From IMG/VR virus record IMGVR_UViG_3300025676_000024, positions 1-50,050 of that record: DNA of 50,050 nucleotides; one strand, written 5' to 3'. The position numbers and the translations under genes are program-made. This DNA is from a virus (Duplodnaviria > Caudoviricetes). Positions within the stretch are counted from its first letter, which is position 1; each line of letters begins with the position of its first letter. Shown piece after piece: positions 38,055 to 46,714 of this stretch. The notes beneath the pieces are model-generated. The model saw only the letters and a list, made by a program, of their open reading frames with translations. It was not told the DNA's origin and made no database searches.

Positions 38055-40244
38055 TTAAGAAAGACACCCACACAGTCCATCGTGTGCATTCGGAACATCG
38101 AAGAAGTATATGTCTTTTGGAATGGTTGGGTCTGGGTCACCCAATGGGTCTTCTTCGCTTGGAGCAATCGTTCCCTTTACAACATCTCCGTCTTCATTTA
38201 ATTCTCCTAGCATGTAGTTAGGAATTCTATACATCTGTACGATGTGATGTTTCATGGTCCAAGGTCCATCCATTATACCATTTTCATCTAAGTCTTCTAA
38301 TGCACATGGGTCTACTAACATATCAGCACCATCGGGAACTTGAAAATATCCACCTACTGGCATCATTTGATATGATTCAGGATAATCATTAAACTCCAAA
38401 TCAGCAACATTAATACCAGGACCAACATTAACATTAGGACCTACTGTTTCATTCATTAATTCATTTAAATTGTAAGCAGGATTTGTCCACTCTGATTCTG
38501 AAGTGGGATTATTTTCTCTGAATGTTCCTGCTAGACCTTGACCTTCAGGTGGTTTAACAATTTTCACTGGTGAACCTAATGGACTAATGACTGTACCCAA
38601 ATTGTCTTCCACATGGTCACTAGGCCATATCTCAACTTCTCTCCAAGAATATTCGTAGATTCCACCCCTGTCATCTCCTGTAACCTTTTTTGCATCTTCA
38701 ATGACTGCAAGAAACACAAAAGGTTTAATAGATTGTTTATCACAACAAATCGAGTGTCTGTACACATTAAACTTTTCTTTAAGATTAACTACTTGAAGGT
38801 GTGCTTTAATACTATCAGATGTTGGTTTTTTAATTTCTTCTTGAATGATTTTTATTTTTTCCCCTTCAAGATTTGTTTGGTCAAACATGCTCTGCCAAAG
38901 TTTATCATTTTGCTTCCCTTGCTTTCCTTCTAGTGCCGCAGAGCCAAGAAAATCATAAGACTTTTCTCCATGATAATTATACGGAGAATCAAAATATCCA
39001 TACAGTCCAGTTACATCATGTTTCCTTATAGACTTTCTTTCTATATTTACTGGATTCTCAACCTTGATAGAAGTGTCTATACTGTCTGGAAGAAGTTTAA
39101 ATTGTTCTACCCTTCCACCGACTGTATGGTCACCCCATTTTCCATCTTCTCCCTTTCCACTTGTATTAACTTCATGATAACCATATGTAATAATTTCTCT
39201 GCCTCCCCAATCAGTTGACAGCGGATGCGTGTGTGAAGTAGTAAAATCCATATAGTCAAAATATGGGTCTTCATATGATGGTTTTATTCTTTCATAGTAT
39301 GCTGTGTATGCGCCAGACTTAAACGCATTCAAATGGTCGTACTCACTACAGTTTATTATCGCTGCAATTTTCGTATTACCTTTTGTTTCATCCTCATCAT
39401 CTTTCATAGAAACTTTATATTCGTTTTTTCCACCATGCACACCACCATAAAGAACACCCTTTTCGTTTGCATCTTTAATCATCTTTCTAATTGATTTAAA
39501 ATGCCATCCATCCAGGTCTGCATAGAATAAATAATTTACTCCACTCAAGTCTTCCGTAACAGCATTTTCAGAAAGGTTATTCATTAGTTGCATAAGGTTT
39601 GGTGGATGAACATCTTTACCCCAAGGATACATGCTTTGATTTTTTTTCAACCATATCCAGTTGTGTGTTTTTTCAATGTCCATTGGGTTTTTGGCGTTAG
39701 AAAATCCTTCTACAGCACCGGGGTTTAAATATTTTTCTGCTAACTCATTCACCAAACCCTCCTCACCCTCCTCACCTGCAATTGGTCCAATAAAATCTTT
39801 ATCCATATAATCCAAATTGTCCCAATCTAATATGTAACTTTCGCAGGAAACAAATTCAACATCCCATCCTGCTCCAAATCTTGCACTTGGTCCAGATACT
39901 GCATCCAATGCTTCATTGCCTGTTGCTCTTACATCATTCACACAAAAGGTTAATGTATGTTCAGAATTTTCAATCTCTGGAGATTCCATTTCTATCTTTA
40001 CAAATTCATGACCCGTCATATTAAAGTAATCACCTACTGTATTTGGTTCTTTGAATTTTAAAGAACCAACTATTCCATTACGCATTATATTTTCATTGAT
40101 TTGCATACTAACGAATATTTCATCCATCACCTTATCGTCCCCTTCACTTGTAGGTGCAGGTATAATTTGAAGTTTATTACCACTTCGTTGATTTTCTATA
40201 ACTATTTTTTTAATATTAATTTCTGATGGAGTTTGCTTTGCCAT
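38055..40244 (-). CDS. N-terminal part of gp27-like baseplate hub fused to an extra C-terminal domain
   Basis: Follows gp53; INENIM..GIVGSL..TGHEFVKIE, FVS.E, DIEKT, YLFYADLDGWHFKSI are typical of T4-like hub N-termini; the hub C-terminus is missing and the ORF ends NAHDGLCGCLS. Confidence 0.7.
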   Translation of the reverse strand: MAKQTPSEINIKKIVIENQRSGNKLQIIPAPTSEGDDKVMDEIFVSMQINENIMRNGIVGSLKFKEPNTVGDYFNMTGHEFVKIEMESPEIENSEHTLTFCVNDVRATGNEALDAVSGPSARFGAGWDVEFVSCESYILDWDNLDYMDKDFIGPIAGEEGEEGLVNELAEKYLNPGAVEGFSNAKNPMDIEKTHNWIWLKKNQSMYPWGKDVHPPNLMQLMNNLSENAVTEDLSGVNYLFYADLDGWHFKSIRKMIKDANEKGVLYGGVHGGKNEYKVSMKDDEDETKGNTKIAAIINCSEYDHLNAFKSGAYTAYYERIKPSYEDPYFDYMDFTTSHTHPLSTDWGGREIITYGYHEVNTSGKGEDGKWGDHTVGGRVEQFKLLPDSIDTSIKVENPVNIERKSIRKHDVTGLYGYFDSPYNYHGEKSYDFLGSAALEGKQGKQNDKLWQSMFDQTNLEGEKIKIIQEEIKKPTSDSIKAHLQVVNLKEKFNVYRHSICCDKQSIKPFVFLAVIEDAKKVTGDDRGGIYEYSWREVEIWPSDHVEDNLGTVISPLGSPVKIVKPPEGQGLAGTFRENNPTSESEWTNPAYNLNELMNETVGPNVNVGPGINVADLEFNDYPESYQMMPVGGYFQVPDGADMLVDPCALEDLDENGIMDGPWTMKHHIVQMYRIPNYMLGELNEDGDVVKGTIAPSEEDPLGDPDPTIPKDIYFFDVPNAHDGLCGCLS

Positions 40245-40269
40245 TATTATTCACCTTTGATATCATTTT

Positions 40270-41274
40270 TTATATGAAAGTTACTAATTTAGTAGTTCCT
40301 CTTGGAACATTACCTTTTAATAAGTATTCTACTTCATTAGCAACCAAATTTGCTAAAGTTCTATTTAATAGTTTAATAATTTTATTTCTATCATTATCAT
40401 ATACTAGTTCTTCCTCAACAGTAATTATAGAAACTTCCTCTGGTAACGATACACCTGTCATATATTTATATAACAAAGTTCCAGTTAATCCACACATATT
40501 ACGAAACTGAAAATAGTCGTGAGTTAGTCCGTCAGTAGTATAGGGATTTAGTTCATCTATTCTATCACCACTCTTATATGAAAATCTAGAAACACCTTCT
40601 TTAATAGAAGTTTTCTTTTGTATCTTTGCAAATGTTGCACCAGCAGTTGCACATAAAGGGGCAGCATTTGAATCGGGTGCAGTAAATGCAGTACAACTTG
40701 TTGCACCCACATTTTGTCTAAAGCAACCAGTTTGCCCAAACCCAGATGTAATTTGATTAGTCCACTGTCCCTGCTCATCCAAACCAAATGCACAAATTTC
40801 ATGTCCTTCAGAAATAGTACCCACTTTTCTTTTTACATTTATTCTATGTAAAAGTCTATCATAAGAATCTACTACTCCAAAATGGTCTACATCAATCCCA
40901 CCAGTTGCACCTACATCTCTCTTAACAACTATATCACCTTCAGAAATGTCCAAGTCTTCTAACACAAAATAACTATCTCCATTTAAATAATTATTGAACA
41001 ATGATTTTATTTGAGATTGGGATTTAGGCCATTCTGAATTCACATCAGACATACTATTTGAAAATAATACCAACCACCAATATTTTGAACTTCCATAATA
41101 ACTTCTTGCTACATCGTCTGGTCTAGAACCTTCTGGTACTAATACCTCTACAAAGTTTTGGGCTTCCTCAAGTGTCTTATCCGTAAATTTTACTCTACGA
41201 AAAATATCCACCATTTCTAAATCGGGCAAACCAGGAAAACTATAATTAATATTTTCCATTTTTTCAAAATACAT
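40270..41274 (-). CDS. gp53: Baseplate wedge subunit
   Basis: MYF..M..INY, DIFRRVK, EGSRPDDVA..YYG..KYWWLVL..N, EWPKS, NDRNKIIKLL. Confidence 0.9.
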   Translation of the reverse strand: MYFEKMENINYSFPGLPDLEMVDIFRRVKFTDKTLEEAQNFVEVLVPEGSRPDDVARSYYGSSKYWWLVLFSNSMSDVNSEWPKSQSQIKSLFNNYLNGDSYFVLEDLDISEGDIVVKRDVGATGGIDVDHFGVVDSYDRLLHRINVKRKVGTISEGHEICAFGLDEQGQWTNQITSGFGQTGCFRQNVGATSCTAFTAPDSNAAPLCATAGATFAKIQKKTSIKEGVSRFSYKSGDRIDELNPYTTDGLTHDYFQFRNMCGLTGTLLYKYMTGVSLPEEVSIITVEEELVYDNDRNKIIKLLNRTLANLVANEVEYLLKGNVPRGTTKLVTFI

Positions 41275-41276
41275 TA

Positions 41277-42155
41277 TTAATCTCCACCTCGTGCCGCACC
41301 ACCACGAAGTTGACTTCTGGACTGTAAGAAACTTCCAGTGTTGATTGCAGGTTCTAATTCAGCGAACTCTATCGTTAGCGCAGTAGCCGCAGGATATCCA
41401 CCCTGTGTTTGGTGCAACGCACCGTCCGCGGTTTTTATCTTCACCGTTGTTAGGACAGAAGGTAGTGGGTCGATAACCCAAGTGTGGTCCAAGTTGTTGA
41501 CGAAGTCCATAGTACTAATCTGCCAAATAGGAGGATGAATCACCCTAGAATAAATTTCATCCCCAGAAGCCATAGGATATGCCATTCTCTGAAATGTCTT
41601 AACAATTTCATCAACTCTCTTACCTTCGCCTCCATTTTTTGGAATGAGAATCCATGAATATGAATGCTTCCTCATCTCTGCGGATTTAAATATATTATCA
41701 CTTTCATCCATAGGTCTTTGTCCTGATAAAGAACTAAAGCCAAGAAAATCACTCGCGAGTGTTGAAAGACCAAACCAAGTTCTCCATGATTCTCTCCATC
41801 CACCCGAAGTCATATCCCAAATACCACCAGTGGTTTCTGTTTGACCTCGCTGATAATTTATTGATGTATCATCAGAAAGTTGCAATGGTAAAGGTAGGGT
41901 TATATCAGTAAGTTCTCCTGCAATTACATCCTCTCTGTACTGTTGCTTATTTTCATACATATCTGCCTTGAAATTAATAGCAACTGGAATTCCCATTCCA
42001 CGACCTGTTGCATCACCGAATGCTGTTTCCCTCGGAAACCACTGCTTGCCAGTCCCCTTTGTTCCGATTTGAGAATCGTCTTCAGTGGATATGACATCCG
42101 ATGCAAACTTTCCTGCAAGAAATCCTACTCCTGCGATTATAAGTGGTGCTACCAT
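41277..42155 (-). CDS. gp48: Baseplate tail-tube cap
   Basis: ITLPLPLQLSD, FKSAEMRKHSYSW.LIPKN..E, HPPIW, LTIEFAELE. Start reassigned to ATG at 42155 (MVAPLI) after an AGGAG RBS. Confidence 0.85.
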   Translation of the reverse strand: MVAPLIIAGVGFLAGKFASDVISTEDDSQIGTKGTGKQWFPRETAFGDATGRGMGIPVAINFKADMYENKQQYREDVIAGELTDITLPLPLQLSDDTSINYQRGQTETTGGIWDMTSGGWRESWRTWFGLSTLASDFLGFSSLSGQRPMDESDNIFKSAEMRKHSYSWILIPKNGGEGKRVDEIVKTFQRMAYPMASGDEIYSRVIHPPIWQISTMDFVNNLDHTWVIDPLPSVLTTVKIKTADGALHQTQGGYPAATALTIEFAELEPAINTGSFLQSRSQLRGGAARGGD

Positions 42156-42207
42156 ATTATTAATTCTCCTTCTTGTATAATATATATCTAAAGAAACGGT
42201 ATAATTT

Positions 42208-42639
42208 ATGGCATATAAAACAAAATATAAAACAATAAATACATCAAAGTATATAGGAAATCCAACGAACATCATTTGTCGTTCTTTATGGGAGAGAAGG
42301 GTGTGCAAATACCTTGACTATAACAAGAATGTTATAAGATGGGGAAGTGAAGAAGTGATAATTCCATACTATTCTCCAGTAGACAAAAAGAATCATAGAT
42401 ACTTTCCAGATTTTATAGCAGAAATAAAAACCAACAACGGCGAGGTCAAAACCTACATCATAGAGGTAAAACCAAAAAAACAAACTATCCCACCAAAGAA
42501 AAAGAAAAAAACCAAGTCATATATCAGAGAATGTTTGACATATAGTGTAAATGAAGCGAAATGGAAATCCGCTAATAAATACTGTAAACAAAAAGGTTGG
42601 ACTTTTATTATTCTTACAGAAGATACGATATTACCATAA
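42208..42639 (+). CDS. gp4: Head completion nuclease (TnsA-like PD-(D/E)xK fold)
   Basis: KYIGNP.NI.CRSLWER, WGSEE..IPY.SP.D...HRYFPDF, IEVKPKKQT, VNEAKW, ILTE. Confidence 0.93.
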   Translation: MAYKTKYKTINTSKYIGNPTNIICRSLWERRVCKYLDYNKNVIRWGSEEVIIPYYSPVDKKNHRYFPDFIAEIKTNNGEVKTYIIEVKPKKQTIPPKKKKKTKSYIRECLTYSVNEAKWKSANKYCKQKGWTFIILTEDTILP

Positions 42640-42645
42640 TTTTAT

Positions 42646-42653
42646 TATAAATA
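42646..42653 (+). promoter_or_regulatory. T4-type late promoter TATAAATA
   Basis: Exact match about 20 nt upstream of the 42673 start, followed by a GAGG RBS. Confidence 0.8.
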
Positions 42654-42672
42654 GTAAGAGGAAACTATAAAA

Positions 42673-43236
42673 ATGGCATCAACATCATCAATAGATTATT
42701 TCAAAGAAACATTTCTCAGAAATGGACTGGCAAAACCTTCTAGATATCGTATAGAATTTGCAAATGTTCCAGACGGTCGTTTTTCCATGCGGAACGACCC
42801 TATATTTCCAGCAGAATCTTTAAACCTACCGTCTAGAAGTTTTATAACCACACAAGAACAGTGGTTTGGGCCCAAAAGAAGTGTTCCTGTTGGTAATTCA
42901 TATACTGGAGAAGTAGTTGTTGTTTTTCCTGTATCAGCAGACCAAAGAGAAAGAGCATTTTTTGAGGGGTGGATGAGTTCAATAGTTCCTGACCATCAAC
43001 CGCAGTCCGGGGACAATGCAGAGCAACACAATTATTCAAATTATGTTGGTTCAACACACATGTCAATAAAAACATTAGACGAATCGGATAAAGTGACATC
43101 CACATACACCTTTCAGGAAGTTTATCCGTCAAATATATTTCCTTTATCTCTTGGTGCAAATATGTTTAATGATTATACAAGATTACAGATTGCATTTACA
43201 TATAGACATTATGCCTTTCATATGGGTGAAGTATAA
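42673..43236 (+). CDS. Tail tube initiator / gp19-fold tube paralog (gp54-like)
   Basis: GLAKPSRY, ESLNLP.RS, ERAFFEGWM, EVYP..I, FTYR motifs; lies between gp4 and gp26. Confidence 0.8.
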   Translation: MASTSSIDYFKETFLRNGLAKPSRYRIEFANVPDGRFSMRNDPIFPAESLNLPSRSFITTQEQWFGPKRSVPVGNSYTGEVVVVFPVSADQRERAFFEGWMSSIVPDHQPQSGDNAEQHNYSNYVGSTHMSIKTLDESDKVTSTYTFQEVYPSNIFPLSLGANMFNDYTRLQIAFTYRHYAFHMGEV

Positions 43237-43246
43237 TATTAATTGA

Positions 43247-43254
43247 TATAAATA
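43247..43254 (+). promoter_or_regulatory. T4-type late promoter TATAAATA
   Basis: Exact match upstream of gp26, followed by a GAGG RBS. Confidence 0.8.
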
Positions 43255-43275
43255 TAATAAAGTGAGGTAAATAAT

Positions 43276-43995
43276 ATGAACAGATTGTCAAATTTATTAG
43301 TGTCCGATATTCCAAAATATGAAGTAGTTCTTCCATCTTCTGGTGATAAAAAATCATTTAGACCTTTTTTGGTAAAAGAAGAAAAAGTTCTTCTTCTTGC
43401 TCAACAGTCTGAAGAAGATTCTTCTATGATTAGAGCAATACAAAACATAATAGAATCGTGTGTGGATGATATAGAAGATGCAGGCTCATTGCCATTATTT
43501 GATGTGGAATACATATTCCTACAAATAAGAGGAAAATCTGTGGGTGAAGGAATCGAACCTATAATTATATGTCCATTTACAGAAGAAGAAATACCAGTGA
43601 AGGTATTGATACCAGATATAAAAGTAACAAAGACAGAAGGACACACAAAAGAAATAGAAATAAGCAAAGAAATCACAATAAAAATGAGATATCCAACATT
43701 AGACGATTTATATAAAAGAGATGGTGTTATTGATTATGAAGACCCTTCTTCTTTCTATGATTTAATTTCTGATTGTATAGTTCACATACAAACAAAGTCC
43801 GAATTAATCAATTCGTCTACTATACCCAAACAAGAAATATCAGAGTTTATTGATAATATGACCAAGAAACAATTTGAAAAAATACTAGATTTCTTTTTAA
43901 CATCCCCCAGAATAGAACATAAGGTTTTATATACTACATCTGATGGTGCTGAAAGGGAGGTGGTACTATCTGGATTGTCGGATTTTTTCGGTTAG
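43276..43995 (+). CDS. gp26: Baseplate hub assembly chaperone
   Basis: PKYE..LPS, FRPFLVKEEKVLL, FDVEYIFLQIRGKSVGE, MRYP, ends GLSDFFG. Confidence 0.93.
   Translation: MNRLSNLLVSDIPKYEVVLPSSGDKKSFRPFLVKEEKVLLLAQQSEEDSSMIRAIQNIIESCVDDIEDAGSLPLFDVEYIFLQIRGKSVGEGIEPIIICPFTEEEIPVKVLIPDIKVTKTEGHTKEIEISKEITIKMRYPTLDDLYKRDGVIDYEDPSSFYDLISDCIVHIQTKSELINSSTIPKQEISEFIDNMTKKQFEKILDFFLTSPRIEHKVLYTTSDGAEREVVLSGLSDFFG
43983..43989 (+). promoter_or_regulatory. Candidate -1 ribosomal frameshift heptamer T TTT TTC
   Basis: X XXY YYZ heptamer in the gp26 frame, two codons before its TAG; the -1 frame is open into gp51. Confidence 0.7.
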
Positions 43996-44042
43996 GACTC
44001 AGCCATCTGAGTCTTAAAGATTACTTCCAAACAATATTCCAG

Positions 44043-44213
44043 ATGGTACAACACCACAAATATAACCTATCTGAATTAGAAAATCTCATTCCGTGGGAAA
44101 GAGATGTGTATTTGGCTCAATTGATTGAATATATAGAAATAGAGAATGAGAGAATAAAATTAGCACACATAGAATCTGAAAGGGCTGGTTCAAGAACAAA
44201 TATTACGAGGTAA
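44043..44213 (+). CDS. gp51: Baseplate hub assembly catalyst (possibly made as a gp26-gp51 frameshift fusion)
   Basis: Below the ORF-track cutoff; hand translation MVQHHKYNLSELENLIPWERDVYLAQLIEYIEIENER...; the frame is open upstream to 43983. Confidence 0.88.
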   Translation: MVQHHKYNLSELENLIPWERDVYLAQLIEYIEIENERIKLAHIESERAGSRTNITR

Positions 44214-44218
44214 ATTAA

Positions 44219-45658
44219 ATGAAGAATAAAAAGAAAATTAAACAAAATATTATTTCCCATTTCAATAAAAGAAAGAATGGAAGTGTGGTCAATATAGTTC
44301 CAAAAGATAAAAATCCGATACCCAACATAATTAAGCCAATTGAAAAAGAAAAGCAGGAACAACCGAAGAATAAAAATTATATTCCAACAGAATTTAATGA
44401 AGCAATATTAAAATTAAATAAAAAAATAGAATTTATTACCAACCGACCAAATGATTATCTCAACACAAAGACAATAGAGAAGCATTATTATACAGATACT
44501 AATAATAACAAGACAATAGAGAAGCATCACACAGATACTAATAATAACAAGACAATAGAGAAGCATCACACAGATACTAATAATAACAAGACAATAGAGA
44601 AGCATCACACAGATACTAATAATAACAAGACAATAGAGAAGCATCACACAGATACTATAACAGATACCAAAAACAACAATACAATAGAGAAGCATCATAC
44701 AGATACTAAAAATAATCAAAGAATAATTAATATTCCAAAGGAAATTAAAATTCCTACTGTAATAACTCCAGCACCAATAAAAGAAAGAAGTTCAAATAAT
44801 AAAGAAACCAAAAATATAAAAAATGTACAGAACAATATTAAAAAAATGTTATTTCAGAATTTTAGAGATATAACCAAAAACAACAATGTAACCAAAAATA
44901 ACAATATAACCAAAAACAAGAATGTAGATAAAAATAACAATATAACCAAAAATAACAATATAACCAAAAACAAGAATATCGAATTACCAACAATAATAAA
45001 CAACACAAAAAATAATAAAAACCCTTTATCTTATACAATAAACAAAACTAATATATCAAATAAAGAATTATCAAATATACTAGAAAGAAATACAGATACC
45101 AATACCAACAAAACAAATAATAAATATTTTACTATAGATAAGTCAACAGTAAATAAAATATTATCTGGTAAAGCACAAGTTCCTAAAACTATACCTGCAT
45201 ATGGTGAAGGCACACCGGCAGGTTCACCAGTTGCAAGAACATTTGGTGGGAAATTGGCTTTACTGGCTGACAAAGGTGAAGACGAAATAGTGACACCAGT
45301 GTCAAAGATAAAAGCAGCCGAGCAGACTCGTGGACTGGTCGGCCGTGAACGCCAACAATCCCCAGCCATTGCATTCAAGCCATACGCACTCTCGCGCGTA
45401 AAGAACCAAGAGAAAGCATTATCTCAGTTGCACGCCGATTCAATAATGGAAAATACAGAATTAAAACATCTTAATACTTCCACGGGGGATAAAGAACAAT
45501 CACAACCCGGCCCACCATCCATTATCAATAATAATACGACTAATAATGGAAACAACAGCAGCGACGGTCCCTCTCAAGGTTTTGGTGGAGGCACTAAAGC
45601 AACCGAGTCTATGGGATTACAAACTCAATATCCAATATGGCGTAGAGGGTTTGGTTAA
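44219..45658 (+). CDS. Low-complexity Asn/Lys/Thr-rich protein at the tape-measure (gp29) position
   Basis: Directly after gp51; LLADKGEDEIVTP resembles the GE.GPE.V.P motif of tape measures, and PSIINNNTTNN resembles T4-like gp29 tails; function inferred from synteny. Confidence 0.55.
   Translation: MKNKKKIKQNIISHFNKRKNGSVVNIVPKDKNPIPNIIKPIEKEKQEQPKNKNYIPTEFNEAILKLNKKIEFITNRPNDYLNTKTIEKHYYTDTNNNKTIEKHHTDTNNNKTIEKHHTDTNNNKTIEKHHTDTNNNKTIEKHHTDTITDTKNNNTIEKHHTDTKNNQRIINIPKEIKIPTVITPAPIKERSSNNKETKNIKNVQNNIKKMLFQNFRDITKNNNVTKNNNITKNKNVDKNNNITKNNNITKNKNIELPTIINNTKNNKNPLSYTINKTNISNKELSNILERNTDTNTNKTNNKYFTIDKSTVNKILSGKAQVPKTIPAYGEGTPAGSPVARTFGGKLALLADKGEDEIVTPVSKIKAAEQTRGLVGRERQQSPAIAFKPYALSRVKNQEKALSQLHADSIMENTELKHLNTSTGDKEQSQPGPPSIINNNTTNNGNNSSDGPSQGFGGGTKATESMGLQTQYPIWRRGFG
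44468..44716 (+). repeat. 39-bp coding tandem repeat (KTIEKHHTDTNNN), about 6 copies
   Basis: aagacaatagagaagcatcacacagatactaataataac is perfect at 44510, 44549 and 44588, with degenerate flanking copies. Confidence 0.95.
44870..44977 (+). repeat. 18-bp coding tandem repeat (ITKNNN-like), 6 copies
   Basis: ataaccaaaaa(c/t)aa(c/g)aat units encode ITKNNN VTKNNN ITKNKN VDKNNN ITKNNN ITKNKN. Confidence 0.9.
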
Positions 45659-45662
45659 TAAA

Positions 45663-45688
45663 AAAAAGGAGTCTTGCGACTCCTTTTT
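45663..45688. terminator. Bidirectional intrinsic terminator
   Basis: AAAAAGGAGTC-TTGC-GACTCCTTTTT perfect inverted repeat between convergent genes; GCAA tetraloop on the minus strand. Confidence 0.9.
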
Positions 45689-45706
45689 AGTGAAAATTAG
45701 AACGAA

Positions 45707-46597
45707 CTATTCATTTGCCAACTTTTCAAAGTAAGAAAGAGCATCAGTTTCTTCAGTTCCTTCTTCATTTCCAAATGCTTTTTCTGCTCTTGCGACTCCA
45801 CCATCTTCTGATTCACTAACAGTTTCAGCAGTAGTTGGCGTGTCTTGTGTTGTCTGTCGAATGTCAGCACCAAGAACAGCATCTCGTTTTGTCTTTAATT
45901 CAGTATATGATTTAAAGTTTGCGGCATCAGTGAACTCAGTAAGTGCATATTGGGTTTTCCAAAGTACTTCTAAATTCGCATCATTACCATCCAAGAGTGC
46001 CGAAGTTGATTCAAATTCACTCTTATCGTAGTTGATAAATCCTGCAACCTTACGAACCTTCAGTTTGAAGTTTGCACCCTTCCAGAAATCGAATGGGTTG
46101 ATTGCTTCTTCATCAGCAAATTCTGGATTCATTGCTTCGTTGATTTTATCAAAAATCTTCTTACCATATTTGTAAAGGAATACTTTACCCTCGTTTTGAG
46201 GATTAGCAGGGTCACTTATAATCATAATGTTTGAAGTATAGTGCAATCTTCGTTTACGATTTCGTGCAATATCCTTATCCTTTTCGATTCCACTATTCCA
46301 AAGTTCACTGTTTGCTTCACACACAGGACACTTTTGACCAAGAGTGGTAGGACAATTTTCAATAAACCATCCACCCTTACCTTGGAAACCGTGTGAATAA
46401 TACTTTGCCCATGGCAAGTCTTCACCGTCTGGTGCGGGTAAGAATCTAATAACAGCAAAACCGTTACTGGATTTGTCCAACTCTGGACGCCAGAAACGGT
46501 CATCGGTGTATGATTCTTTCTTGTTTGTTTCTTCAATCTTCTTAGTCAATTCATTAATACTTGACTGAGAACGCTTCTTAAAATCTGCAAATGACAT
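45707..46597 (-). CDS. gp32: Single-stranded DNA-binding protein
   Basis: DDRFWRP..DKS.NGFAVIRFLP, HGFQG..GWFIENC.TT....CPVC (Zn site), FDFWKGANFKLK, acidic tail DALSYFEKLA. Confidence 0.97.
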   Translation of the reverse strand: MSFADFKKRSQSSINELTKKIEETNKKESYTDDRFWRPELDKSSNGFAVIRFLPAPDGEDLPWAKYYSHGFQGKGGWFIENCPTTLGQKCPVCEANSELWNSGIEKDKDIARNRKRRLHYTSNIMIISDPANPQNEGKVFLYKYGKKIFDKINEAMNPEFADEEAINPFDFWKGANFKLKVRKVAGFINYDKSEFESTSALLDGNDANLEVLWKTQYALTEFTDAANFKSYTELKTKRDAVLGADIRQTTQDTPTTAETVSESEDGGVARAEKAFGNEEGTEETDALSYFEKLANE

Positions 46598-46622
46598 ATA
46601 AAATGCTCCTTATTTTGCTACT

Positions 46623-46667
46623 CATGGGACTACCATGTTCTAATACTCGGTCAGGAACTACCCAACC
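46623..46667 (-). promoter_or_regulatory. Twin hairpins with UAGUY loops in the gp32 leader
   Basis: Minus strand: GGTTGGG-TAGTT-CCTGACC and CATGG-TAGTC-CCATG, just upstream of the TAAGGAG RBS. Confidence 0.55.
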
Positions 46668-46683
46668 ACAACTGTATATGTAT

Positions 46684-46711
46684 ATAATACTACAAAACCA
46701 CCAATAGTCAA
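46684..46711 (-). promoter_or_regulatory. Sigma70-type promoter TTGACT-N16-TATTAT for gp32, overlapping late-like TATACATA (46677-46684)
   Basis: Read directly from the minus strand in the gp33-gp32 intergenic region. Confidence 0.6.
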
Positions 46712-46714
46712 ACA

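Noticed and set aside
5529-38221. Many 60-270 aa overlapping or antisense ORFs (e.g. 6914-7726, 8557-9099, 14767-15273)
   Set aside because: Shadows of TGT/GGT-rich coding on the minus strand (His/Asn/Thr/Gln- or Val/Met-rich translations); no recognisable motifs, and each overlaps a longer, better-supported gene.
42156-42308. Hydrophobic N-terminal extension of gp48
   Set aside because: It overlaps gp4 on the opposite strand; an AGGAG RBS supports the start at 42155.
42208-42639. TnsA-like transposase / Tn7 element
   Set aside because: Motifs and position between gp48 and the tube/gp26 genes identify T4 gp4; no TnsB/C genes or terminal repeats.
44468-44716. 39-bp repeats as a CRISPR array
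   Set aside because: Units are head-to-tail with no unique spacers, the length is a multiple of 3, they are in frame in a CDS, and no cas genes are present.
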